A DNA stretch of 64,000 nt from Neoechinorhynchus agilis (GCA_051530055.1 CM121341.1:5620784-5684783), one strand, 5' to 3'. Shown: positions 50,290-62,671, numbered from the stretch's first letter. Numbers and translations: made by a program. The notes: a model not told the origin generated them from the sequence alone.

Positions 50290-50775
50290 CAAATCTGAAA
50301 TCGGGCTCACACATTACACTCTCTCCTTCGAGCACAACGCCTTTAAAATTTATCTCCTCAATTTAGGAGTCCCTTTTCTACCGATATCTACAAATTTTAC
50401 TTCAACTTTATCGGCCAAATCAAAAATATGTTGCCTTGAAACGTTTCACGTAGAAGAGCCTCTAAAATTTCCACAACTGTTTTCCCTCGCTTTTAAACCA
50501 CATTTTGTTCCTTTTCCGCCCTAATTCGTTTCATCCTCCTTCGACCTCGAACCTCCGCTCCCTTTTCCACATCGCCCAATCTTCTCTCGGATATCAGAAC
50601 TTGAAATGAACCAGAGGAAAGATCCGACCACAAAAGCACTCCTGCAAACCCCTCATCCAAACAATATTGTTTATCGGTCAAATAACGATTACCCTATTTT
50701 TTATCACAAAAACAATACTACAAAGAAAACTTAAAGGTACATGGGTCCAATTCTTGTTAACTAAGAAATAAACGT
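50290..50775 (+). mobile_element. LINE 3' fragment of the same family
   Basis: Shares GCCCAATCTTCTCTCGGATATC and the end motif ATGGGTCCAATT.TTGTTAACTAA with 63180-64000. Confidence 0.7.
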
Positions 50776-51996
50776 GTCTCGTGGACGCCATTGAACCTCA
50801 TTCAAAGTGGCCTTTCCGGATTCCTTTGACCTTTGATTTTGCCATCCGCATGCTTGAACACGAGGCACTTTAAAGAGAACTTCGGCGGTTTTTATGTTGG
50901 AGCGTTCTTGTGAATCAATCGAACCCAAGGAATTGTCTCTTTTTAAAAAGCCTCATCATTTTTTCACCTGTGAATTTTTCGCGGTTAGGAATCGCTTTCT
51001 TTTCCCTGTTCCTCAAACATCCGCCAACGGATTCTGCTCGACATTGAAGCCTCTCAATTTCCCGAATCACACAGTACCTCATTATTTATCACGAGCCCAA
51101 TTTGAGATTGCGAGATGAAAGTCCTTCAAACCAAGGAAAATATTTAAATTAGAAATCGAGTGAGCGATTTGCATTACAACGATGTGATCCGTGAATTCGT
51201 CGGCAATGGAGCATAAAGACAATCGAAATTGTAACTTCTTGAAAAAGAATTTGAAAAAGTTGTTAAACAATTTTAGAGAGCTCAATTTTCTATTCCGTTT
51301 GGTGTTATTCACGTGGTTGAAGCTGCATGGACTGCATACGGGGGGGGACATTTTATCACAGATTTTGTTTTAATATGAACGAAAAGTCTATTTTTGTGAA
51401 TTGTTGAGTTTTTCAAAAGAATCAAAACATCCAGAAGCGCATGCTCGTATTTCCCGTAAATAGTCTTCGGAGATGATCAAATCCTTCTTATGGAAGTCGC
51501 GTTGGAGCCTACGCTTAAAAGATTAAACCAATTCTTGAAGCTCAATTTCTTACATTGCGGGTCCTTGATAATAATTCCCATAAATGTTGCGCTTCACCAT
51601 CGGGCCAAGAGTCAATTTTCGTCTACATCGACAAACCAAATCCTCTTCAAATTTAGAGCAGTCTTTACTCTTCCCTAAATTAGAAAAAAAATAAAACATT
51701 CAACACTACCATCTCGATTCTGACCGCATTTTTGCTTCAATTCATGGCGCAATTTTTCACAATATTGACGCTGCTTGTCCGCAGTCTTTTTCTGAATTGT
51801 TCGACAGTCACAATTTAAACTCACGCTACCCACAGAACGCATTAAAATCAATCAAAACTCCTAATTTTTAAAAGTATTTTGCCATGGTAACGCAAACGAT
51901 ATGTTCCAAAAATTAGGTTTTTGAGAGAAAATAGAAGGTAAGAGTTGTATAGAAAATGTTTTAGATGACTCTTGGCACAAATGATTCGATCATCGA

Positions 51997-52314
51997 TTGG
52001 TATTGCAACATTTACAAAATTTCTTTGAGGATTACATCCGGAGGGAATCTATGGTCTTCGGTGAGCTGTCACCACCCCGAGAATTAAACATTAATTATTT
52101 AATTAAATATTTCGGAACCTCCCTCTTCAGTAAAATAATTTTTGAGTGTGCTGTGTTTAAAAAAGCGCAGGATCCCGTCGAACTGTCGATAGCGGAAGCG
52201 CTGATCATATCCCGAGAGACCCGGGATCGTGAGGACTCTAGCGGGCATCGGTCGGTCGGTAGGACACTCATTAACCAGAAGGATGAGTTGTCTGCCGTCA
52301 TGAATCTCATGTGA
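51997..52314 (+). mobile_element. Possible GIY-YIG endonuclease C-terminal remnant (Penelope-like)
   Basis: ELSIAEALII...LINQKDE resembles the L.I.EAL.I...IN.Q.E ending; weak match. Confidence 0.35.
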
Positions 52315-52442
52315 ATCTCCACTCCACTTCACTCGCATTGTAGATTACACCCTGAAGAAGCCGTTGGACGGCGAAAGCTAGGTGTTTCAATAAAAGCTCT
52401 TTCAGTCGGATTGTCAATCAAACAATCATCAATAGATAAAAC

Positions 52443-52994
52443 ATGCGGCTGAACAACCAAGCAGCGCTTAGTAATCCTATTCAGTGGCTGCTCAAGACAC
52501 TCGGCATCTACAAATCATCGTGGTTCAAAACCAAGTGCCATTCGTATAGCCGCATTATTGACGATCGAGTCATTAGCCTCAACACTGAATCAATCAGGAT
52601 TGTATATCTCGCATGGAACGTATTTAATGGTCTTTGCTGGCTCTGCGTTCTCGTCAGTTTCTGCACTCAGCTAATGAGGAAAAATAGGTTTCTCGGCAAC
52701 AATATAAATCAAGTTCCTCTCAGGATGCTTGTCAGAATCCTCGTCTATCTCAGTGTCTTATTCGCCACAGCCACCTCCTTTTCTCTACTCGATATAATAA
52801 CCTCCAATGTCCTGGTAAAGGTTCCACACGCCCGAATGTCTCTAATGATCTTTAGATTCGTGCCAGCACACGCGTTCACCTATACGTCTTATGTGATCCT
52901 CCTTTGGTCAGTACAAGGCTTTCTCAGGAATTCACAATCAAAAGAAAACCGATCACCAACCGGGCCACTCGGCCTAGAACTACAATCACTGTAA
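52443..52994 (+). CDS. Uncharacterised multi-pass membrane protein
   Basis: ATG-initiated 183 aa with about three hydrophobic segments. Confidence 0.5.
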   Translation: MRLNNQAALSNPIQWLLKTLGIYKSSWFKTKCHSYSRIIDDRVISLNTESIRIVYLAWNVFNGLCWLCVLVSFCTQLMRKNRFLGNNINQVPLRMLVRILVYLSVLFATATSFSLLDIITSNVLVKVPHARMSLMIFRFVPAHAFTYTSYVILLWSVQGFLRNSQSKENRSPTGPLGLELQSL

Positions 52995-53400
52995 TCATAT
53001 CGAAGTTTGTTGTTGTTGTTGTTGTCAAAATGCCGAACCTTTTTTGTAAGCCGGTGATCGATCGAGTTTGTAGATTAAAATAAATGGGAGTGTCACGAGA
53101 GTCCCAGTAGGAATTTCTTCATAATGACGCTTTCATTAAAAACCTTTTTTTTAAACAAACTAGATCACAACCTTTAGAAAAGTTTAAAATTTTTACCATT
53201 CATATCGTCGTTTTCCTGCTTGACATTCAAAATGTTTCACTAAACTTTCTGAAAAGATATAAACAATTCGTGGTGTATAAACAAAGAACATTCAAATGCT
53301 TTGTTGACAAATCCTGTTTGGGCAAAACTTTGTTGCGTGTTTACCAACATTGAGTCTATAAAAGCCTCGGATTTGATGAGAGCTCATTGAAAATCAAGCG

Positions 53401-53900
53401 ATGAGGACCGTCTTTTTTGAACTTCTATTCTTGTTTGAGCTTTCACGAGGTCGGTTTATTTACAAACCCTTCAGTTTGTCACCTATTTTTCAGCATTTGT
53501 CGCTGGTCCTGTAATGCTCACCATTCCTGCGACGACCCATTTCAAACTTCCGGCTAATCAATTTTCACAATTGGCTTGGCCTGTTGTATACCAATTGCCA
53601 CATAATGTGATCATTCCAGTTGTGGAAACTCAAAACGTCCCATCTTTGATTTCAAGTTTCCATCAGGGAAGACCGGAAGATGAAATCCAAAGTCATGTTT
53701 TGGTCAATGATGTCTTTAATGAGGTGAGTTTGGGTGAAAAGTGGTATCTCATTTCTTGTTAGTACTCCGAGGAAGAGGATCTGAATGAAGATATTGAAAC
53801 ACAAAGCACAAACTCGGATCAAGCTACACAACAACTCTTTCAAGATGAGGATAAAGAACCAAAGGTGAATATTGACCGAAAAAAGGCTATTACTTCATGA
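53401..53900 (+). CDS. Small secreted acidic protein, 3 exons
   Basis: Signal-peptide-like MRTVFFELLFLFELSRA; GT-AG introns 53450-53493 and 53724-53762 join in frame to an acidic tail. Confidence 0.6.
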
Positions 53901-55489
53901 GTCTACATTATCTACAGCTACAACTATCGCTGAATATTGATGATATTCCTAACATGATCGATAGTCAACACGAGGATGAGGGAGTGTCGCATTGAGTACT
54001 TAAATGCGACTTTAGTTCTTAGATCTCTCAGGAAATCGCATGCTTTTTAGTAAAAGCTTAGCTTTTCTCAGAGTGATCGTTCTATTTTAACCTTTAGCTG
54101 TTCAGTGGTTGCCTTTTGATCATAAACAAACTTCCCAAGGTTCAACCATCAATTCGTTTTTTATCAGACCGAATTTGCATTTACTGACTTTTAGTTTTCT
54201 TAGAATTTTGTCAAAATCCATTAAAAAATACAAATTTCAGGGGCAGAAGGGTCTTTTCTAATCGAGAAAATGTAAAGTTTTGTTTTCGAAAATTTTGCGC
54301 ATGGGATGTTGTAAGGATAAAAAGAAAATCTTCATTTTTCGAGATCTTCATGGCCCCTTAAGGAATCTACACCTTAGAGGCGTGGAAATTTCGTCCTGGT
54401 TATATTTGGTTTTTATCTAGACTCCGTCGCATTGATTTTCTCATCGTCGGCTCACGATTTTCACTGATAATCGATAATTAAACGTCGGATCCATCATTCA
54501 CTCCCGATCCGTCATCGTCTCTAAAGTGATCACGAGGACCCAGAGGTAAATGGGCCTTTTCGTGAACAAAATAAATAATTCGTGTTGTTGAAACGGTTCA
54601 ATTTGATCTCGAAACAAATCTTAATCAAACGAAAGCCTTACAAGATTGTCGGAGATTTTAAAACCAAAATCATTTTAATTTCTCTAAGCGCCATATAAAA
54701 CAACCATTGATTAAAGTATTTTTATTGAGCGGTTCAAACCCCGAGACGTCCCCGAACCACACGGCAAACCCACGCTCCCGGAGGTAACTCATAAAATAAT
54801 CGATTTTTGTAGATATCTGAAGAGATAGATTTTCTCAACCAAATATTCTCGGGGATTAAACCGCTGAAAAAGAATATCTTTCAATCCGAATGTGATCCCG
54901 CATGAAATTGATCAAAGTGTACAAAAATTGACGTTTGGGATTATTCCAATAAACTTGATTTGAAAACAAATCAATTGATGCCATTTGTTCAATTTTGACC
55001 ATTTTATCAACAATCAGCCGTTTTTGTTTGGCGAAAAATTGGGCAAATCGAAAATGGACGATATTAAAGCAAAAAATCAATTCGTTGCGTGATTGAACTT
55101 TTTAAAGGTCGCGAATATGGTTTATTCCTGCGGTTAAACGTAAGAAGAAGTTTGACCAATGGATAATCAATTGGTCATCGAGTGCCTCTTTTTCTTCAAA
55201 TTTAATATTGCTCTTAAACCGAGGGAATTTGTAGGATTTTTCGCAATCGAGAAATGTTTCACGGCTGATCCATTTTCCTAAAAGGTCCTTCTATATTCGA
55301 ATTCCACGTAAAACTAAGATTTGAGGCCGGAAAATATTTCCCATCCAAAATGTATTTAACGATCATGGATGAAACGGTAAGGACGTATCTTTTTTTGGAA
55401 ATACAAAACGATTGCCAATCGATGGGAACTATCAGCGTAGCTTTTATTTGATTTGCTTTTAAATCCAATTTTAGTCAAAACTGCGTTCG

Positions 55490-57599
55490 TTCTCACAAAT
55501 CAAAAATTTTGGCTAACAAAAAACTCGTAAATCGTTTTTATAAAGGCCGACAAAGAGATCATCCAAGAGAACTGGATTTTATCGATTGTTGTTTTGGGAA
55601 ATCAGTTTTCATTGGGTAATATTTCAATGCTCCACGGAGGCCGTAAATTCGTCTTCATTTCCACATAATTTAAGGACACAAATCAAAATTTTGGCTAATA
55701 AAAGACTCTCGTAAATCGTTTTTATAATGTCCGACAAAGAGATCATCCAAGAGAACTGGATTTTATCGATTGTTGTTTTGGGAAATCAGTTTTCATCGGG
55801 TAATATTTCAATGCCCCACGGAGGCCAAATTCGTCTTCATTTCCACATAATTTAAGGACACAAATCAAAATTTTGGCTAACAAAAAACTTGTAAATCGTT
55901 TTATAATGTCCGACAAAGAGATCATCCAAGAGAACTGGATTTTATCGATTGTTGTTTTAAACTGTTCATCGGGTAATATTTCAATGCCCCACGGAGGCCG
56001 CAAATTCGTTTTGATTTGCACATAATTTAAGGACACAAATCAAAATTTTGGTTAACAAAAAACTCTCGTGATTCGTTTTTATAATGTCCGACAGAGAGAT
56101 CATCCAAGAGAACTGGATTTTATCGATTGTTGTTTTGGGAAATCAATTTTCATCGGGTAATATTTCAATGCGCGACGGGGGCCGCAAATTCGTTTTGATT
56201 TGCACATAATTTAAGGACACAAATCAAAATTTTGGTTAACAAAAAACTCGTGAATCGTTTTTATAATGTCCGACAAAGAGATCATCCAAGAGAACTGGAT
56301 TTTATCGATTGTTGTTTTGGGAAATCAGTTTTCATCGGGTAATATTTCAATGCCCCACGGAGGCCGCAAATTCGTCTTCATTTCCACATAATTTAAGGAC
56401 GTTCGTTCTCACAAATCAAAATTTTGGCTAATAAAAGACTTGTAAATCGTATTTATAATGTCCGACAAAGAGATCATCCAAGAAAAGTTCTGGATTTTAT
56501 CGATTGTTGTTTTGGGAAATCAGTTTTCATCGGGTAATATTTCAATGCCCCACGGAGGCCGCAAATTCGTCTTCATTTCCACATAATTTAAGGACACAAA
56601 TCAAAATTTTGGTTAACAAAAAACTCTCGTGATTCGTTTTTATAATGTCCGACAGAGAGATCATCCAAGAGAACTGGATTTTATCGATTGTTGTTTTGGG
56701 AAATCAATTTTCATCGGGTAATATTTCAATGCGCGACGGAGGCCGCAAATTCGTTTTGATTTGCACATAATTTAAGGACACAAATCAAAATTTTGGTTAA
56801 CAAAAAACTCTCGTGATTCGTTTTTATAATGTCCGACAGAGAGATCATCCAAGAGAACTGGATTTTATCGATTGTTGTTTTGGGAAATCAATTTTCATCG
56901 GGTAATATTTCAATGCGCGACGGGGGCCGCAAATTCGTTTTGATTTGCACATAATTTAAGGACACAAATCAAAATTTTGGCTAACAAAAAACCATCGTAA
57001 ATCGTTTTTATAATGTCCGACAAAGAGAACATCCAAGAAAAGTTCTGGATTTTATCGATTGTTGTTTTGGGAAACCAGGTTCCATCGGGTATTATATCAA
57101 TGCCCCACGGAGGCCGCAAATTCGTCTTCATTTCCACATAATTTAAGGACGTTCGTTCTCACAAATCAAAAATTTTGGCTAATAAAAGACTTGTAAATCG
57201 TATTTATAATGTCCGACAAAGAGATCATCCAAGAAAAGTTCAGGATTTTATCGATTGTTGTTTTGGGAAATCAGTTTTCATTGGGTAATATTTCAATCCT
57301 CCACGGAGGCCGCAAATTCGTCTTAATTTCCATATTTCCACTGGGTAATATTTCAATGCGCGACGGAGGCCGCAAATTCGTCTTCATTTCCACATAATTT
57401 AAGGACGTTCGTTCTCACAAATCAAAATTTTGGTTAACAAAAAACTCTCGTGAATCGTTTTTATAAAGGCCGACAAAGAGATCATCCAAGAGAACTGGAT
57501 TTTATCGATTGCTGTTTTAGGAAATCAGTTTTCATTGGGTAATATTTCAATGCGCGACGGAGGCCGCCAATTCGTTTTGATTTGCACATAATTTAAGGA
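55490..57599. repeat. About 180-bp diverged satellite, roughly 11 units
   Basis: Recurrent ACAAATCAAAATTTTGG...CCGACAAAGAGATCATCCAAGAGAACTGGATTTTATCG...ATAATTTAAGGAC. Confidence 0.9.
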
Positions 57600-58076
57600 C
57601 TTTGCCTCAAAAATCCTCCTTTTTTCGACTAAAGATTGTCTAGAATTGGTTTCGAACTGCTTTTGTTGGTTCCTCCATCTTTTTCAGCATTCAGACGACT
57701 TACCTTTTTAAAATGTGTGATTAAAAGCTGTATCGTATTAGTCGGCGACCACATTGATTCGCACACGTCCCTGGATAATTTTTCTTCAAATACTCCTTTT
57801 GAATTTTCTCGTAAAGCATTCAACTTGGAAGTTTTTTATGTGAGTTTGGATTCTTAAACGGATTGCTTTCACTATTGTGTTTCGTCTTTTTCTTATATTT
57901 GCTCTTCCTACAGCCCGTTGCTGCCACAAGCAACCGCTAATAGGGTTCCACACTGCGCGACCGAAATACCACGCCGTCGACCAAATACAAGCGTACTAAC
58001 ACCCTCTTTCCTCCGCTGCCAACAGCACAATTCTGTGTTTCTCAACCTGAGACACGCAGTTTGAGACGATTTCACA

Positions 58077-60968
58077 ATGGAAAACGGCATTTCTCTCAAC
58101 GGAACGAACGTCGAGGAGGAATGGGATCCAGAATCAATGTTAGACCCTACATGGGAACGCCAACAAAAAAAGACATTCACTGCATGGTGTAACTCACACC
58201 TTCGGAAAGGCCATATCTCTATTGACGATATTGAGACTGATTTCCGAGACGGCCATCGTTTAATGACACTTCTTGAGGTAATTTCCGGCGAAAACCTCCC
58301 TAAACCAGAACGAGGACAACTTCGATTTCATCACATTGCTAACGTCAATAAAGCACTGGAGTTCATTCGAGACAAAGGTGTCCGACTTATGGTCGGCGCT
58401 GAAGAGATTGTTGATGGAAATCTTAGGAAACGGATTAGCTATGCTAGGATTATTATCGTGATTGAATAGATAATCCGTTTAGTAAAATGACGCTAGGAAT
58501 GATATGGACGATCATCCTGAGATTCGCGATTCAAGACATCTCGGTCGATGAACGATCAGCCAAAGAAGGTCTTTTACTTTGGTGTCAACGAAAAACGGCC
58601 AATTATAAGAACGTATGCGTTCAGAACTTTCACACAAGTTTTCAGGATGGTCTTGCCTTCTGTGCACTTATCCATCGACATCGACCTCATCTCGTTGACT
58701 ACGATAATCTTTCCAAATTGCGTCCTTTGGAGAATCTTAATCTCGCTTTTGATTTAGCCGAAAAATATCTCGATATCCCTCGAATGCTTGATCCTGAGGA
58801 GCTAAGCTCAAGCGTCAGACCGGACGAGAAATCTGTCATGACCTACGTTTCTTGCTACTACCACACATTTACGGAATCTCAGAGAATCGAACATGCAATT
58901 TCTTGTATTTCGGAATTGGTTAATCTTAGTCTTGAAAAGGATCAACAAGTCGCAAAGTGCGAACTGGATGCAAAATCGCTTCTAAAATGGATTTCTTCTA
59001 AAACAATTTGGTTAAATCAGCAACCGGCCAACTACGACAACTCTTCTAGAAACTCATCAATTGGATTTATGGTCACTAATGACAAGGCACATCCTAGAGA
59101 AAATCTTAAGAAGCGTTTAGCTCAATTCCAGACTTATAGATTGGAGGAGAAGTCAAAGAAGATGAAGGAACTAAGTGAACTTGAGATGAAGGTTAGTGAC
59201 ATAAAAGACGGTTCTCAGAACCTTATTGACGAAATCAGTCTTGAATGGGACCGAATGGATGAAGCAGAACAAAGTTTTTATAAGTCTCATTTGAACGCGT
59301 ACATCACCGCTAATGCGATCGATAGAGCTACCAATCGATATGAACGAAAGAGGAAAGCATATTTGAAGTGGATCAATGGCAAGTCGGAAATTCATTTGGG
59401 CGATATGGACGGTTTGAGCCTTGAGCGGGTAAAAGAACTCAGGAAACGTTTCGAGGTTCGACTTTGCGAACTCGATTGTCGAAAAGGTTGCTTGGAAGGC
59501 ATGAGGAATTGTATTGATCAGCTAGAACATTTGGAGTATTCACAATTACGACAGTGGGTCTCTTAATTTTAGAGATAGAGATTTCATTTTGTCGTGTTCT
59601 ATGAATCATTTGTCTCCAATTCGAATACATTAAGTCCTACAATGTTGTAGCTCTGAAATTCATACGCGTTTCCTAGGGAAATCTGATTCTCAATTTCTTA
59701 TAATATCGAGGGTTTTTTTTTCAAATAATTTTTTTTAAATATACCGAGCCCTGCAAGAGCCATTGTTTTTAAATTCATATCAGATGGAATTGTCCTCGTT
59801 TGAAATGTCTTTGTCTGAAGATCGCGAATCGACGCTTTTTGCTTTAAATGGACTCAAAGAAAGAGAGAAACTATGGGAGGAGCAAGACAAACGTTGGCGG
59901 ACATACAGCAGCGTATATCACCAAATCATGGCTTTTCTCGATGATGCCGAAGCAGAATTGGAGGGCGATCTGGAATCAAGTATTGGTGACTTTTATGATA
60001 TCGACTTCAGCAATGCAAAGAAGCTCTACGACAGTGCTTGTGAATTACAGAACTTGATTACGACCTGTGCCTTGAACGTGGAACCTAATCCATATTTAGG
60101 AGACGAAGGACATGGCGACCTAACAAGGCGATGGATCCGAATCAGCGACGAATTATGTGGAGAATTAAAACAAAAACGAAGGCGGCTAATGGAGGCAGAG
60201 GAATCCGTCGAACTACTTGGTAATCACGTCAAGCGAATGGCTCAGTCTTTCACCGAATGGATCGAGACTCAAATCCGTGATATCACTGACGTTAGTACGA
60301 TGAGTTATCTACGCCAAAACGAAGGTCTTGATCGAATCAAACACGTTGAAAACGAGTACGCTCGTTTTATGCATAAATCTGCAAGCCTCCCAAAAATGTT
60401 TGATCATTCGGTAATTGACCGATCCCGGCGGGCATGGTACAGGTTTTGTCAGTTGGTAGATGAGTCTCTCAATCGAGCTGCACTCGAAAATGGGAATGGT
60501 AAGGTTAACGGAAACACCGAGGACGATTATCAGGATATTTATTCGACTTTTAAGCACTTTGATCGGCATAATATGAACAGTTTGGACATGAAGGAGTTTA
60601 GAGCTTGTTTAATTGCATTAGGATTTGCGATCGATGACCAGGAAGATGGTTTGTTGGAGCGTGTAAAACGAGACGAGGTAGGTCGAGTGACCTTCGATGC
60701 ATTTTCGGACTTTGTTAGAAAAGAGGTTGGACTCAATGAGTCCGATGAATTCGGGAAAGTCACACAGAGCTTTCGCGTTTTGGCTGGTGGTGCTCAATCG
60801 ATTTCGGTTGAGCAACTTAGAAACCACATAAAAGATGATCGGGTCTTCGAGTATTGCAGGTCCCATATGAGACCTCAAAACTGCTCAGAAGATTCAGTCT
60901 CGTTTGATTATGAGACTTTCTGTTATGGTCTTGTAAACGCTAATCGTCGACGGCGTTTGTGTGACTGA
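58077..60968 (+). CDS. ACTN: Alpha-actinin-like protein (2 CH domains, diverged spectrin repeats, EF hands)
   Basis: [27 protein letters not shown]|[42 protein letters not shown]...[10 protein letters not shown]. Inserts 58425-58483 and about 59548-59770. Confidence 0.95.
58425..58483 (+). other. Non-GT-AG stem-closed intervening sequence in alpha-actinin (59 nt)
   Basis: Arms AAACGGATTA (58428-58437) and TAATCCGTTT (58471-58480); removal restores DGNLKMTLG. Confidence 0.88.
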
Positions 60969-61192
60969 CTGTTCCTTAACATGAATGGTCCAAACTGCAG
61001 GAAATAAAGTTGTGCGCAAACATTGTAGTGGACTCGAGTTTCTCACCAATGGATTTTATTGACTTTTTGGAGCATCCTTGTGCTTTGGCTCACATTCGCT
61101 CTACACAAAACCCCATCTATTTTGAGACACAAATAGAAAGCACATTCAGTTTACTTGAACACCTCATGAACTTGGGCGACTTACAAGATCGC

Positions 61193-62671
61193 TTACTTTT
61201 TGCGACTTTTCTTAACCTTCGATCCCTTTTTCCTGGCTTTACCTTCTTGGTGCTTTTTACTCCTTTTTTTCTTGTGCTTTGTCTTCTTCGCAGCACTTTT
61301 ATCATCCTTGTCTTTCTTCATTGCAATATCGCGTTCTGTCTTTTCAGTTTCGCTTTCACTTGCATCCATAGTCTCAGGAACATTCTTATCTCTATTTGAC
61401 TCTGGCTTTTTGGCGACCTTTGCTTTGAGATCAGCTTCATCCCGAATCTCATTCGATTCTTGTTCAGAATCCGATTCGCTCTTTTCTTTGTCATAACTCG
61501 AATTATCTTCCAGTCGCTCTTTATCGCCAATCTTCAAACTTTTTTTATCATTCGACTGCTCTACTTTACCATTTTGAGCTGTAATTATCTCTTTTTTGTT
61601 GGATTCTCTTTTACTTCGTGACTTTGTTTTATCGGGCCGATCAGCTAAATTCTCCTTTTTCATTGCTTTTTTCCCATTTCTTACTTTTCCATTCTTTTTC
61701 GATTGTTTTTCAGCATTTTGCTCTTCACTCGTGATCGATTCGGTTTCCGTATCATCAGGTTGTTTCCTCTCATCTTTCTTACTTTCTAGAGCTCCTTTTT
61801 CCTCAATGCCATCGCAAGCAATCACCTCAAGATTATCTTTTAGTTCCGCATTATCATGAGATGGACGTTGTGTGTCGACCTTTTCCTTTCCAATACCAAG
61901 TTCATTGGGACCTTTTGCCATCGTTTTAAGGAAAAATTCACAGGTAGCATTTACGTCCGCATCGTACCTAATCCATCGATCTCTCATTGATCTTTCAGTT
62001 AACACTTCTACTTTCTCCAATACATCAGCTATTGCGCTCATCGTGTCTATAATCGGTGGAGCCAACAAAATCGTATCTTTCACTAGTGTCGATTGATTTA
62101 CAAAATTGGTCATCAATTTCGACATGGTACAAATCCTTTGATAGACAAAAAGAATTATAACAAACTCTCTTTGATCAATTCTTTTAATAACGCGTTCATT
62201 TTCTATCGCATCTTCAAATCGATTCACATCCTTTTCTAACTTCGACAATCGTGCTTTCAACTCGTAGCTCACCTTAACAATCGCTTCTGGATTCTTAAAT
62301 CTACAGATAGCCAATTTAGCAAATGTAGCACGAGCTCGTACGCACGAACGTTCAACCAATCTCCTGAGCATTAGTAAGTCAAATTTCACACCAAAACCGA
62401 AATGACATTGAGGCAAATTTTCCACGACCTTAAATCCCAACCCGATTTCCGCACTCATTTTCGACCATCGTTGCCTTAATCTTACAATATCCATTATGGA
62501 CACGCAGAAGTCAAGAACCTTCTTCGACACGTCAATCACACAAAGGACAAGCTCCTGGGGATGGTGGGTACATGCCATCTCCGGTTTCTTGACTTTGGAT
62601 ACCAAAACCCGTTTCAATGACTCTGTAGCCATGGAAACAGGTGCCGCTTTTTCGACGTGAAAATCGGCCAA
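61193..62671 (-). CDS. Uncharacterised helical protein with Lys/Glu-rich C-terminus
   Basis: 492-codon ORF convergent with actinin; no family recognised. Confidence 0.65.
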   Translation of the reverse strand: MADFHVEKAAPVSMATESLKRVLVSKVKKPEMACTHHPQELVLCVIDVSKKVLDFCVSIMDIVRLRQRWSKMSAEIGLGFKVVENLPQCHFGFGVKFDLLMLRRLVERSCVRARATFAKLAICRFKNPEAIVKVSYELKARLSKLEKDVNRFEDAIENERVIKRIDQREFVIILFVYQRICTMSKLMTNFVNQSTLVKDTILLAPPIIDTMSAIADVLEKVEVLTERSMRDRWIRYDADVNATCEFFLKTMAKGPNELGIGKEKVDTQRPSHDNAELKDNLEVIACDGIEEKGALESKKDERKQPDDTETESITSEEQNAEKQSKKNGKVRNGKKAMKKENLADRPDKTKSRSKRESNKKEIITAQNGKVEQSNDKKSLKIGDKERLEDNSSYDKEKSESDSEQESNEIRDEADLKAKVAKKPESNRDKNVPETMDASESETEKTERDIAMKKDKDDKSAAKKTKHKKKRSKKHQEGKARKKGSKVKKSRKK

